NCBI GenBank assembly: GCA_965221775.1
Contig: CBDCSU010000006.1
Coordinates: 128,001-192,000 of the forward strand
Origin: Candidatus Latescibacterota bacterium
GTDB taxonomy: Bacteria > Latescibacterota > UBA2968 > UBA8231
Reading direction: 5' to 3'
DNA: 64,000 nucleotides
Shown here in pieces: positions 29,794 to 39,492 of the stretch; position 1 is the stretch's first letter; every line of letters starts with the position of its first letter. The notes beneath the pieces were generated by a model. The model saw only the letters and a list, made by a program, of their open reading frames with translations. It was not told the origin of the DNA and did no database searches. The translations under genes were made by a program, and so were the position numbers.

Positions 29794-30735
29794 ATGGTCG
29801 ATTCCCCCCACCCCCTGATCAACCCCTACGCCCTGTCCGACGACGACGGCTACACCTGGGTCAAGGGCAACCTCCACAGCCACACCACCAACTCCGACGG
29901 CCGCGTCGGCCCGCAGGAGCGCCTCGACGGCTACGTGGGCGAGGGCTACGACTTCCTCTGCCTCTCCGACCACCACAAGATCACGCGCACCGACTCGGTC
30001 GACGCCCCCGACGACTTCGTCCTCATCCAGGGCGCCGAGCTGCACCCGGCCAACCCCTTCGGCGGCCAGGTCCACCACTTCCTCTGCCTGAACATCCACG
30101 AGGACATGGACTCGAGGGCGATGCCGCCCCAGCACGTGATCGACGCCTGCAACGAGCAGGGCGGCCAGGTCTGGCTCGCCCACCCCTACTGGAGCTCGGT
30201 GAACATCCTGCGCGACACCCTGCCCCTGAGCGGCTTCGCCGGCATCGAGGTCTTCAACAGCACCTGCCGCCGCCACGGCCGCGGCGAGTCCGGCCCCCAC
30301 TGGGACGACTGGATGGCCCAGGAGGAGCGCCTCTACCCGTGCCTGGGCAACGACGACTCCCACCAGGCCCAGGAGGCCCGCCACGACACCTACCTCGGAT
30401 GGACCATGGCCCGCGTCCGCGAGCGCACCCCGGCGGCCGTGCTCCAGGCCCTGGCCAGCGGCGCCACCTACGCCTCCACCGGCCCCGAGATCCACGCCAT
30501 CGAGCTGCGCCGTGTGAGCGAGGACGAAGTGGAGGCTCGGGTGCGTTGCTCGGAGGCGCGACGGGTGACCGCGGTGCACGACGTGGTCGGCAAGGAGTAC
30601 CACGAGCACGGGGAGATCTTCGAGGAGGCGGTCTGGGCTCTGCGGCCCAAGGCCCGCTGGGTGCGTTTCGAGGTGATGGGGCCGGAGGGGGAGAAGGCCT
30701 GGTCGAATCCGTTCGATCTGGGGGCGGTGGTGTAG
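29794..30735 (+). CDS. PHP-domain metallohydrolase (CehA/McbA-like)
   Basis: KGNLHSHTTNSDG, LSDH, AHPYW, GIEVFN, GNDDSH, AWSNP. Confidence 0.85.
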   Translation: MVDSPHPLINPYALSDDDGYTWVKGNLHSHTTNSDGRVGPQERLDGYVGEGYDFLCLSDHHKITRTDSVDAPDDFVLIQGAELHPANPFGGQVHHFLCLNIHEDMDSRAMPPQHVIDACNEQGGQVWLAHPYWSSVNILRDTLPLSGFAGIEVFNSTCRRHGRGESGPHWDDWMAQEERLYPCLGNDDSHQAQEARHDTYLGWTMARVRERTPAAVLQALASGATYASTGPEIHAIELRRVSEDEVEARVRCSEARRVTAVHDVVGKEYHEHGEIFEEAVWALRPKARWVRFEVMGPEGEKAWSNPFDLGAVV

Positions 30736-30775
30736 GACGAATGGCAGCCAGGACCAGGAGAGCCGTGATGCCGCG

Positions 30776-31888
30776 ATGACAAGGCTCCTTCTCTTTTCCG
30801 ACCTCCACCTGGACAGCGCATTCGCCTGGATGGCGGGCGACCAGGACGCCTCGAGGGCCCGGCGCCAAGCCCTCCGGGTCACGCTGAATCGCATTGTCAA
30901 CAAGGCCATAGAACTGAGAGTGGACGCCCTGCTTTGTGGCGGCGACCTCTACGAGCACGACCGCTTCACGCCGAACACTGCGGATTTCCTCAAGTCGGAG
31001 TTCGAGCGGCTCCAGCCTGTCCAGGTCTACATCGCCCCTGGAAACCATGACTGGTACGGCCCTCGGAGCCTCTATCGCAGTGTTGAGTGGAGCGACAACG
31101 TCCATGTGTTCACCGAGAGTCACCTGCGGCCTGTCGAGATCGATGACGGGCTGACCCTCTGGGGGGCAGCCCACACAAGCCCGGCCAACACGCCCGGTTT
31201 TCTCGACAACTTCAGGGTAGACCCTGGAGGAGTGAACCTCGCCCTCTTCCATGGCTCGGAGCGGGGCTGGTTTACCGAACAGGGCAAGGGCAAGGCCCTT
31301 CACGCGCCATTCGATGCCGAGCAGATCGCGCGGGCTGGCATCGATCATGCCTTCCTCGGACACTTTCACCATCCCAAAGACGACCCACACTTCACCTACC
31401 CGGGCAACCCTGCCCCACTCAGCTTCGGCGAAGACGGCGAGCGCGGAATAGTCCTGGCCAGCGTCCACGGCGATGCCAGGATTCGACCCGAACGCTTCAG
31501 GGTGCCAGGCACCGAGGCCCACGACATCGATGTGGACATCAGCGGCTGCGCCAACCAGCAGGACATTCGCGGACGCGTCGAGGAGAGCATCAAGGGCCTT
31601 GCGGGAGTCGTGCGCGTTACCCTGAGAGGCGAGCTGGAGCCGAACGCAGATGTCCAAGTCCGCGACCTCCAGTCCCTCTCATTCAGCCCCGATCTTCTTG
31701 CCTGTCAGTTCCGAATCGGGGACATCCATCACGGCTATGATTTCGAGGTCCTCAAGAACGAACCAACGGTCAGCGGCAAGTTCGTCACCAACGTCATGGC
31801 GGCGGATATGCCAGAGGCGGAAGAGCGCAAAGTCCTGATCACTGGCTTGCGCGCTTTGGACGGACGGGAAGACTTGGAAGTCCTCTGA
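30776..31888 (+). CDS. Mre11/SbcD-like metallophosphoesterase nuclease (YhaO-like)
   Basis: SDLHLD, GGDLYE, PGNHD, LGHFH, YPGNP. Confidence 0.9.
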   Translation: MTRLLLFSDLHLDSAFAWMAGDQDASRARRQALRVTLNRIVNKAIELRVDALLCGGDLYEHDRFTPNTADFLKSEFERLQPVQVYIAPGNHDWYGPRSLYRSVEWSDNVHVFTESHLRPVEIDDGLTLWGAAHTSPANTPGFLDNFRVDPGGVNLALFHGSERGWFTEQGKGKALHAPFDAEQIARAGIDHAFLGHFHHPKDDPHFTYPGNPAPLSFGEDGERGIVLASVHGDARIRPERFRVPGTEAHDIDVDISGCANQQDIRGRVEESIKGLAGVVRVTLRGELEPNADVQVRDLQSLSFSPDLLACQFRIGDIHHGYDFEVLKNEPTVSGKFVTNVMAADMPEAEERKVLITGLRALDGREDLEVL

Positions 31889-34800
31889 TGCGGTTCGATT
31901 CCATCACCGCCCACACCTTTGGGCCTCTCGTCGATCAGACCCTGGACCTTGCCCCTGGCTTGACGATCGTCTACGGGCCGAACGAGTCCGGCAAGTCGAG
32001 TTGGCACGCCGCCCTCTACGCTGCCCTCTGTGGCATGCGGCGTGGACGCGGCAGGGCCATGAAAGAAGACGGAGCCTTCAAGAAGCATCATCGCCCTTGG
32101 GACGGCGACGCCTGGGAGGTCTCCGCCATCATCACTCTTGACGACGGGCGCGTGATGGAACTGCGGCAGGACCTGGAAAGCAAGACCGGTACGGCTCGCG
32201 CTACGGTTACAGGTCACGACTATACGAGCGAAATCATCAATGATGGCGCGCCCGACGGCGCCGTCTGGCTCGGCCTCGACCGCCGATCCTTCCTGAGCAC
32301 CGCCTGCGTCAAGCAGGCCGACATTCAAGCAATCATGAACGACGCCGATGCGCTCCAGGTACACATGCAGCGCGCGGCAGCCAGCGCCGGCAGAGACGCT
32401 ACCGCAGCGGCGGCACTCGCTGCGATTGAAGAGTTCCACCGCGACAACGTCGGCTCGAACCGAAGCAACAGCACCAAGCCGCTCAGAACCGCGACCGTCC
32501 GCCTGAAGGACGCACGAGATCGTCTCCAAGAGGCCAGGATTGCCCACGAGAACTACGTAGCCCGACAGGTCGGGTTGGAAGCACTTGAAGTCAAAGCGGC
32601 CCAGGCTGAGTGCAAGCGGCGGATTGTCGAGGCCGCGGCTGCTAAAAAGGATGCCGATGAGGCGCAAGGAAACCTCGACCGAACCCGGGAGTTGATGGCC
32701 AAGCATCCCCACGACCCGGCACCCGGACATTCGCGGCAAGCCAAGCTGGCCCAGCAGGCCAAGCTGGCCCTCCAACTCCGGGACAACCAGCTCGAACCTG
32801 TCGACCTGAATGGCCCCACCGCCGAGGAACTCCACCGGCAACTGAACGACCTGCCGGCCCCACCAGAAGGAGACACGGAACCGCATGCCACTGTTGTGAA
32901 GGCAAGGGACGACCTCAGCAACGCCGAGGCAAGCCGGACAGACCATCATGCTCGTAGACCACCGGATCCACAGCCAGTGCACACCGGTGGATTGGACTTG
33001 GATGATATCCGCGCCCTCATTGCGGATCTCAGCTGGGAAGAACCCCAAGTGGACCCGAGTCTGCAGGGGCGTAGCGATCTGACTGGACCCACCGCCGAGG
33101 AACTCCGCCAGCAACTGAACGACCTGCCGGCCCCACCAGAAGGAGACACGGAACCGCATGCCACTGTTGTGAAGGCAAGGGACGACCTCAGCAACGCCGA
33201 GGCAAGCCGGACAGACCATCGTGCTCGTAGACCACCGGATCCACAGCAAGTGCACACCGGTGAATTGGACTTGGAGGATATCCGCGTCCTCATTGCGGAT
33301 CTCAGCTTGGAAGAGCCCCAAGTGGACCCGGGTCTGCAAGGGCGGATCGACCGAGCGCAGGCGAGGGTGAACGATTTCAAGAAACAGAAAGCACGCAAGC
33401 GATCAGGTCCCTTCGCTTGGCTGTTCCGGCTCATTGCCGCGATCTTGGCCCTCTTCAAGGGCAAACGAACAGAGGACGACAGTGCCGGGCTGCGAGCCGA
33501 GAAGGAACTGGCGGAGGCCAAGGATGCGCTGGGCGAAGAGCGCTACAGAATCGATGAAACCCGCCGGCGTAAAGCGGATGCTGCGGCCAAGGCAGCCGAC
33601 AACGGCCTGCCAGACGATCCCGAGGAACTACGCGCTCTGGTTGAACAAGCAGAAGAAGCATCCCGAGCCGAACGTGACCTCCGCAACTGGAGCGGTCAGG
33701 AAGGCTCCCTGCGCGAGAGAGTTGAACAGGCGAAGCAAGCCCTTGAGGACTCCCTCTGCGCAAGGGGAGTTGCTGACCTTCACCCGGTCAACGACGCTCT
33801 GGACGCTTACGAAGTCGCCTGCAAACGGCGAGCCGAGCAGCTTCGAGAGGCGTCTCGGCGTCAAGATCTGGAACGGGCGCTTGCCTCCAGATTGGAAGCA
33901 GAGACTGCAGCCAGGCAGGCGGCGCTGGGTGAAGAACGCTTGAGGATCGAACGCCAGCGCAAGAAGGATGCTGCGGCCAAGGCAGCCGACAACGGCCTGC
34001 CAGACGATCCCGAGGAGCTACGCGCCGTGGCTAGGCAAGCAGAAGAAGCATCCCGGGCTCAACGTGACCTCCGCAATTGGAGCGACCAAGAAGGCTCCCT
34101 GCGCGAAAAAGCTGAACAGGCGGAGCAAGCCCTGGTGGACGCCTTGGGCTCAAGAGGAGTTACTGACCTTCACCCTGCCGCCGATGCTCTGGCCACTTAC
34201 GAAGCCGCTTGCGCCAAGCGCACCGAGCAGTATCGAGAAGCGTCTCGGCGTCCAGATCTGGAGCAGGCACTCAAGGCGCGGAAGGGTGAAGAAGCTGCCG
34301 CAGCCGAGGCCGAAAGACAGCGCAGTGAAGCCGCCGATGCTCTTCGGCAAGCCGGTGAGGCGCTCGGAATCCACCACGAAGATGACGAGAGGATGGCCAT
34401 ATGCCTCCTCGACTGGGTCCAGAGCTACGAGGCCACGGCTCCAGACCGTCAGGTGGCAACCGAGGAGTGGAGCAAGCTGCGGAACTTGCTCGGTGAATTC
34501 GGCATTGAAGGCTTGGAGACGGCTGCAGAGGAAAGGCGCAGCGACGCCGAAGCAGCGGCCCAGGGCCTGGACCGGAGCGCGATCAGCTCTGTGGTTCTTG
34601 AACCCGACCCAGGGGCACAACTACAGAGACTTCGGGTACTCGAATCAGAGTGTAATCAGGCGCTGAATACCGGAAAGGGCGAGAGAAGGGAAGCTGCCCG
34701 CAACCTTCCGAGTGTGGCAGAGGCCGAGGAGGAACTCGAACGTGCCAGGGTGGAGCGCGAGAGGGTTACCAATCTGGACGACATCCTGTCCAAGACTCAG

Positions 34801-35268
34801 CAACTCCTCGAACAGGCCGAGGTAGAAGCTCACCGGGACATCGCACCACACCTTGTCAAGGCTCTGACGCCATGGATCAGGAGAGTCACAGGGGGCCGGT
34901 ACTCCACGGTAATGGTCGATCCTCAGGGCCTGATGGTCCGGGTCTCCAGTGACGGGGGCGAGTTACGGGATGCGCCCCTGCTCTCCCACGGCACGAGCGA
35001 GCAGATTTACCTGCTTCTGCGGTTGGCGATGGCCTGCCTGCTTACCAGAGCATCCGGTGAGACTTGCCCACTGCTGTTGGACGACGTAACAGTGCACTGC
35101 GACTCGGAAAGGCAGATTGCCATTCTCAACCTCTTGCAGGAGATCAGCACCGAACGGCAGATCATCCTGTTCAGCCAAGAGCCCGAAACACTGTCCTGGG
35201 CAGAGCGCCATCTCCAGAGAGACACAGAACGTCTCATCGAACTGGATTCCGGTGCAATAGGGGTGTGA
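31888..35268 (+). CDS. Rad50/SbcC-like coiled-coil ATPase (YhaN-like) with internal duplications
   Basis: Walker A GPNESGKS, signature LSHG, Walker B LLLDD; coupled to the upstream nuclease. Confidence 0.85.
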   Translation: MRFDSITAHTFGPLVDQTLDLAPGLTIVYGPNESGKSSWHAALYAALCGMRRGRGRAMKEDGAFKKHHRPWDGDAWEVSAIITLDDGRVMELRQDLESKTGTARATVTGHDYTSEIINDGAPDGAVWLGLDRRSFLSTACVKQADIQAIMNDADALQVHMQRAAASAGRDATAAAALAAIEEFHRDNVGSNRSNSTKPLRTATVRLKDARDRLQEARIAHENYVARQVGLEALEVKAAQAECKRRIVEAAAAKKDADEAQGNLDRTRELMAKHPHDPAPGHSRQAKLAQQAKLALQLRDNQLEPVDLNGPTAEELHRQLNDLPAPPEGDTEPHATVVKARDDLSNAEASRTDHHARRPPDPQPVHTGGLDLDDIRALIADLSWEEPQVDPSLQGRSDLTGPTAEELRQQLNDLPAPPEGDTEPHATVVKARDDLSNAEASRTDHRARRPPDPQQVHTGELDLEDIRVLIADLSLEEPQVDPGLQGRIDRAQARVNDFKKQKARKRSGPFAWLFRLIAAILALFKGKRTEDDSAGLRAEKELAEAKDALGEERYRIDETRRRKADAAAKAADNGLPDDPEELRALVEQAEEASRAERDLRNWSGQEGSLRERVEQAKQALEDSLCARGVADLHPVNDALDAYEVACKRRAEQLREASRRQDLERALASRLEAETAARQAALGEERLRIERQRKKDAAAKAADNGLPDDPEELRAVARQAEEASRAQRDLRNWSDQEGSLREKAEQAEQALVDALGSRGVTDLHPAADALATYEAACAKRTEQYREASRRPDLEQALKARKGEEAAAAEAERQRSEAADALRQAGEALGIHHEDDERMAICLLDWVQSYEATAPDRQVATEEWSKLRNLLGEFGIEGLETAAEERRSDAEAAAQGLDRSAISSVVLEPDPGAQLQRLRVLESECNQALNTGKGERREAARNLPSVAEAEEELERARVERERVTNLDDILSKTQQLLEQAEVEAHRDIAPHLVKALTPWIRRVTGGRYSTVMVDPQGLMVRVSSDGGELRDAPLLSHGTSEQIYLLLRLAMACLLTRASGETCPLLLDDVTVHCDSERQIAILNLLQEISTERQIILFSQEPETLSWAERHLQRDTERLIELDSGAIGV
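32803..33343 (+). repeat. Two tandem 273-bp (91-aa) near-identical repeats
   Basis: GPTAEEL...LPAPPEGDTEPHATVVKARDDLSNAEASRTDH units start at 32803 and 33076. Confidence 0.92.
33526..34271 (+). repeat. Two tandem ~390-bp (~130-aa) repeats
   Basis: DAAAKAADNGLPDDPEELRA...DLRNWS...EASRR occurs twice, 390 bp apart. Confidence 0.9.
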
Positions 35269-35327
35269 CCTGACGGAGACTCCGGCTCGGACTCGCTCTT
35301 TCCGTCGCCACGCTGCGCTCCCGACCG

Positions 35328-35440
35328 CTACCGCGGCAGCGAGTACGACGGTTCATTGGCAAACCGCTCCATCTCCAGATCGAGGCGGATGCCACCCCAA
35401 GCGCAGGCCCGAGGGTGGGCTGCCGATCCTTCACCTCCAC
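35328..35440 (-). pseudogene. Diverged 3'-end remnant of the 35548-37443 gene
   Basis: VEVKDRQ...IRLDLEMERFANEPSYSLPR* versus VEVKDRQ...VRLDLGMERFAKEPSYSLPW*. Confidence 0.85.
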
Positions 35441-35530
35441 AGGAATCCGCATGTCCCGCACGATGGGCTTACCGCCGAATACCACGTGACGGGCTGTTAT
35501 GCGGTTCAGTAGTTCATCCCTGGTCGTCAT
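35435..35530 (-). pseudogene. DUF433 antitoxin-like N-terminal fragment
   Basis: MTTRDELLNRITARHVVFGGKPIVRDMRIPVE, then truncated. Confidence 0.75.
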
Positions 35531-35547
35531 ACCTGCACGATTGCTCC

Positions 35548-37443
35548 TTACCACGGCAGTGAGTACGAGGGCTCCTTGGCGAACCGCTCCATCCCCAAAT
35601 CCAGGCGGACTCCCGCGCCCGGCGCGAGCCCGACCGTGAACTGCCGGTCCTTCACCTCCACCCTCCGGTCCTCCAACTGCCCCCGCACCACCTCCCGGAA
35701 CTGCGCCTCGTGCGTCTGGCCGGCCGCGGCCTCCTCGGCGCTCAAAGGACGGCGCTGCTGCCAGGAGGCAGTCGTGAACCAGTGCTCGCCGAAGACGCCG
35801 GCCTGCACCCGCATCTCCCGCGCCTCGGTGGCGCTGAGGTTCACCAGCTGCACCACGACTCGGTCCTCCTCCAGGACCTCCACCAGGGCAGCCACGTCGC
35901 GCGGCAGTCCGGGGCGCCGGCGCTGGCAGTCGAAGTAGCGCAGCCGCGCCATCTGCAACCCGCCGTTGTAGAGGTATAGCGGCCCTCCCATGGTCAGCTG
36001 CAGCAGCCCCTCCACGGTGACGGGGTTGCGCACCTGGAGGTACCAATCCCCGTAGGTCGCGGGGTCCTGGCGGTCGTCGCGCATGAAGGCCAGCCGCTGG
36101 TGCACCTGGGCGAGGTTGTGGCGCAGCATGTCGCAGGGGAACCCGGGATACTCCCCCCGCAGCCAGGAGAACCAGGCGGCCTCGTGGCCGGCGCCGTGCT
36201 TGGAGCCGTGGGAGCGGATGCGGCGCCAGTCCTTCGACTCGTGGTTGCGCTGCCGCACCAGCCGCTCCGCGTCGGCGGCGCTCATCGTCATCTGCCAGAT
36301 GTGCGTCATCGGCGCCGGGTGCATAGGCGCGTACCCGTCCCATCCCTTGTCGTGGTAGTGATGGGGGGGGTACAGGGTGGAGCCGCGCTCCTCCCCCTTC
36401 TCCATGAGCAGATCGATCTGCGAGCGCGGGAACTCCATGTACCCGGGGTCGCGGCACATGAGGGCCGCGTTCTCGGCGGCGGCGGTCACGGCGTCGGCCA
36501 TCAGGTGCCAGCCGTGGGGCCAGGTCCAGCCGTAGTAGCCGCCCCACCACTTGCCGTCGATGTACTCGCCGATCTCGCCCGACAGGCCGACGTTGTCGGG
36601 AATTACGCCGCCGTTCTGCCGGGTGCGCTCCATCCAGCTCTCGGTGTACTCCACCACCCAGTCGCGGTACTTCGCCTCGCCCCCGAAGAGGTAGGCGTTG
36701 GTGACCAGCGTGGTGGCGCCGAGGTTGGTGGCCACGTCGCCGCGGCCCATGCGCTCGACGAGGGCGCGCCCCATCAACTCCTCCATGCCCGGCTTCTGCA
36801 GGTCTTCCACCGAGTCGATACCGGGAAGGTCGTGGAAGGGCAGGGGCCACGGCTTCCACTGGTCGTAGCGGTAGACGGTGTAGTGCTTGTCGAAGTTGCG
36901 GAAGGCTGGCCCCATCGATCCGTTGTGGGCGCACTTGATGAGCTTCTTTTCCGGATCGTAGTTGAGCGCCTCGGGGTCCTCGTTGAGGTAAAAGCCGGCG
37001 TAACGTCTCGCCCTCTCGGCGTTGCGCTCGTTCCCCGGGTCGGCGAGGCAGAGGTTGTAGAAGAAGGCGTAGCCCTCCCCCTGGTGCATCCAGTCGTACC
37101 CCTGCTCGTACTCCTTGACCACCATCGGGTGACCGTGCCCGGTGTCGTAGCGGCTGAACTGCCGGGTGATCCCCTCCCAGGCGAGATGGGAGTATTCCAG
37201 CAGGTGGTCCCCCCCTCCCATCAGGTAGAAGAGCGGCCAGTTGTGGAAGCTCTCGTAGGCGTCGTCGAGACCGTCGATGCCGGTGAAGTCCTCCCGCGTC
37301 GGCCACATGACCGAGCCGTCGCCGTGGACGTAGCGCTCCATCACGGGGGCGACGGAGTCGTCCATCAGGTCGATGAGGCTGCGCTCGAGCAGGGCCCATT
37401 CCGGCGGCTCGACAAAGGGGACGTTCGCTTCGATCCGGGTCAT
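35548..37443 (-). CDS. Conserved hypothetical protein (631 aa, Trp/Tyr/Gly-rich; possibly a glycoside hydrolase/lyase-like alpha barrel)
   Basis: Strong GC3 bias; DDAYESFHNWP, YDWMHQGEG, WWGGYYGWTWPHG; function not assignable from sequence alone. Confidence 0.7.
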   Translation of the reverse strand: MTRIEANVPFVEPPEWALLERSLIDLMDDSVAPVMERYVHGDGSVMWPTREDFTGIDGLDDAYESFHNWPLFYLMGGGDHLLEYSHLAWEGITRQFSRYDTGHGHPMVVKEYEQGYDWMHQGEGYAFFYNLCLADPGNERNAERARRYAGFYLNEDPEALNYDPEKKLIKCAHNGSMGPAFRNFDKHYTVYRYDQWKPWPLPFHDLPGIDSVEDLQKPGMEELMGRALVERMGRGDVATNLGATTLVTNAYLFGGEAKYRDWVVEYTESWMERTRQNGGVIPDNVGLSGEIGEYIDGKWWGGYYGWTWPHGWHLMADAVTAAAENAALMCRDPGYMEFPRSQIDLLMEKGEERGSTLYPPHHYHDKGWDGYAPMHPAPMTHIWQMTMSAADAERLVRQRNHESKDWRRIRSHGSKHGAGHEAAWFSWLRGEYPGFPCDMLRHNLAQVHQRLAFMRDDRQDPATYGDWYLQVRNPVTVEGLLQLTMGGPLYLYNGGLQMARLRYFDCQRRRPGLPRDVAALVEVLEEDRVVVQLVNLSATEAREMRVQAGVFGEHWFTTASWQQRRPLSAEEAAAGQTHEAQFREVVRGQLEDRRVEVKDRQFTVGLAPGAGVRLDLGMERFAKEPSYSLPW

Positions 37444-38723
37444 GGTTCCTGGGCTACCTCTTCATGGCGCGCGGCGTAGATCGTGAGCCGGGTCGCTTCA
37501 CCGATCTGCTCCAGCTCGGGGCGGCGCCCGGACAGGCGCAGGCTGTCCCTGACCAGATTCAGGAATCCCTCCCCTCTCGCTTCCATGTAGCTGCGGCCGG
37601 TGAGGGCGCTCTTGTAGTCGCGCATGAATCCCGCCAGAAGCTGATTCCTGCGGACGGGCTGACAGCCCGCGTACAGGTTCTCGATGGTCAGCGTGTTGTA
37701 GAGGGCGCCCGGATTCTGGAACTCGATCCGGTCGGGGAACATGCGGATGATGATCTGCGACCCCTTGATCTCGTAGTCCCGGTGGACGACGGCGTTCACC
37801 ACCGCCTCCTGGAGAGCCGTCTCCACGTAGCTCGGATAGTCCATGCGGCCCTCTCCATCTTTCCGGGACAGGGTCGGAACCAGGGGAGACAGCCGGATAT
37901 ACGACAAGGCCTGGGCGATCTGCTCCGGCACGGGACCGACGATCCGCTTGGTATCAATGGTATTGCCGTCGGGATCCTCGTGCGCATAGGCGGCCAGATC
38001 GATGCAGGCGCCGTTCATGTGCCGCTCGGGCTCTTCGGCAAAGAGCAACAGGCCGAGGTGCGTCGGCGTCACACCCGAATCCAGCTCGACGGCGAGTTTG
38101 TGGGCCACGAGGGTGGAGCCCCGATCCTCGGGCCAGGACCAGTCCGGGAAGCGGTCGCGGAAATATCTCTCCAGGCGGACCTCGCTGAGATCGTTCAGAT
38201 CGCTGCCCAGGACCGGCCGCTCCTCTATGGGATCGGCCAGGCGACGAGCACTCAACAGGCGTGCCAGCCGTTCCGCAGGGATGGATTGCCGGTGGCTGCC
38301 CAATCGTTGAAGAAAGCGCCCGTCGCTGGTCTGGTGTACATCGAACCTGGACATGGGGACTTCGACTATGAGGCAGAGCTTCGGTGCGTCGCCTTCTCCG
38401 GGCAGGTACTCCCAAGTCAACGCCGGGACGATCATCGGCTTGCAGTTGTTCAGCGCCACATTGATGACGAACTGCTCCAGGAGATCACGCTTTTCGGGGT
38501 CGATCCCGACGGGCACTCGATCGCTGTCGCGAACGCCCATCACGACCTCGCCCCCCTTCGTGTTGGCCATGCTGACGAATACCTCGGCGAGCCGGGACGC
38601 GGCGCGTCCTTCTTCCCTGGCAAAGGAGACCCTGTCCCCCCGGAACACGATCTCCTTCAGTTCGAGCTGGGTGTCCTCCCCCGCCCGGATGGAGCTCATG
38701 CGTTCCTCTCTGTCAATCCTCAT
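37440..38723 (-). CDS. AlbA_2/Schlafen-domain protein with RecG-C/HATPase_c_4 domain
   Basis: GEDTQLELKE, SMANTKGG, GVRD; EAVVNAVVHRDY, IEFQNPG, RRNQLL, EARGEG. Confidence 0.85.
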   Translation of the reverse strand: MRIDREERMSSIRAGEDTQLELKEIVFRGDRVSFAREEGRAASRLAEVFVSMANTKGGEVVMGVRDSDRVPVGIDPEKRDLLEQFVINVALNNCKPMIVPALTWEYLPGEGDAPKLCLIVEVPMSRFDVHQTSDGRFLQRLGSHRQSIPAERLARLLSARRLADPIEERPVLGSDLNDLSEVRLERYFRDRFPDWSWPEDRGSTLVAHKLAVELDSGVTPTHLGLLLFAEEPERHMNGACIDLAAYAHEDPDGNTIDTKRIVGPVPEQIAQALSYIRLSPLVPTLSRKDGEGRMDYPSYVETALQEAVVNAVVHRDYEIKGSQIIIRMFPDRIEFQNPGALYNTLTIENLYAGCQPVRRNQLLAGFMRDYKSALTGRSYMEARGEGFLNLVRDSLRLSGRRPELEQIGEATRLTIYAARHEEVAQEP

Positions 38724-39059
38724 CGTCGCCTCGCTCCGTTGCCCGGCTGCCTCTGCGAGCGTCTGGAGGGACTCCACCTTCCGGCGGCTGGCACATGCAT
38801 GGAAATATAGGAGATGGCCGCCTCGGAACATGTCAGGGTAGGTCGAAGCCGGGTACGCGGACGGCTGATCGAGGGCCTTGAGGCGGCGGCGGTCACCGCC
38901 GCCACGCCGCCGTCGAGGGGCGGGTCGAGTCCTGCGGGGGCACTGTTCCTGGTGGCTGAACGGGAAGGGAGGCAAGTTCCGCTGCTCCGCCCCTCCTACC
39001 GGATGAGGGCCAGCTTGCCGACGCGCACCAAGCCGTGACCCGCTGGCTGGCGGGTGTTG

Positions 39060-39320
39060 TGAATGTTCAGCGTCACCGGCGCGGGCGGTGCGTTCCGGCT
39101 CACCGTGTCCCTGCCCGCCGCGGCATGGGAACCGGAGTCCCCGCCGGTCAACAACGCGCCGGCCTTTGCCGACGGGACGGCGCGAACCGCAGCCTGGCCG
39201 AGAACAGCGCCGGCGGCCTCAACGTCGGCACGCCCGTTAGCGCTGACGACCCGGACGGCGACGCGCTGACCTACTCCCTGTCGGGCGCGGACGCCGGTTC
39301 CTTTGACATTGACATCATCG
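39060..39320 (+). pseudogene. Cadherin-domain surface protein fragment
   Basis: NNAPAFADG, then after a frameshift RSLAENSAGGLNVGTPVSADDPDGDALTYSLSGADAGSFDID. Confidence 0.7.
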
Positions 39321-39492
39321 CCGGCATCCAGCAGCCGTTAGCCGACCCAGGCGGCCTCGCCGCCGGGCATCGAACTCCTCGAAGGAGCGCCGTAGGGGAC
39401 TGAACGGTTACCTCAGCGTACCATGCAGCGCGCCTGGGCACCTCAGTCCTCCTGAGATTGCAGTCCTAATCCTGATTCCGGCGTGTGTCCGC

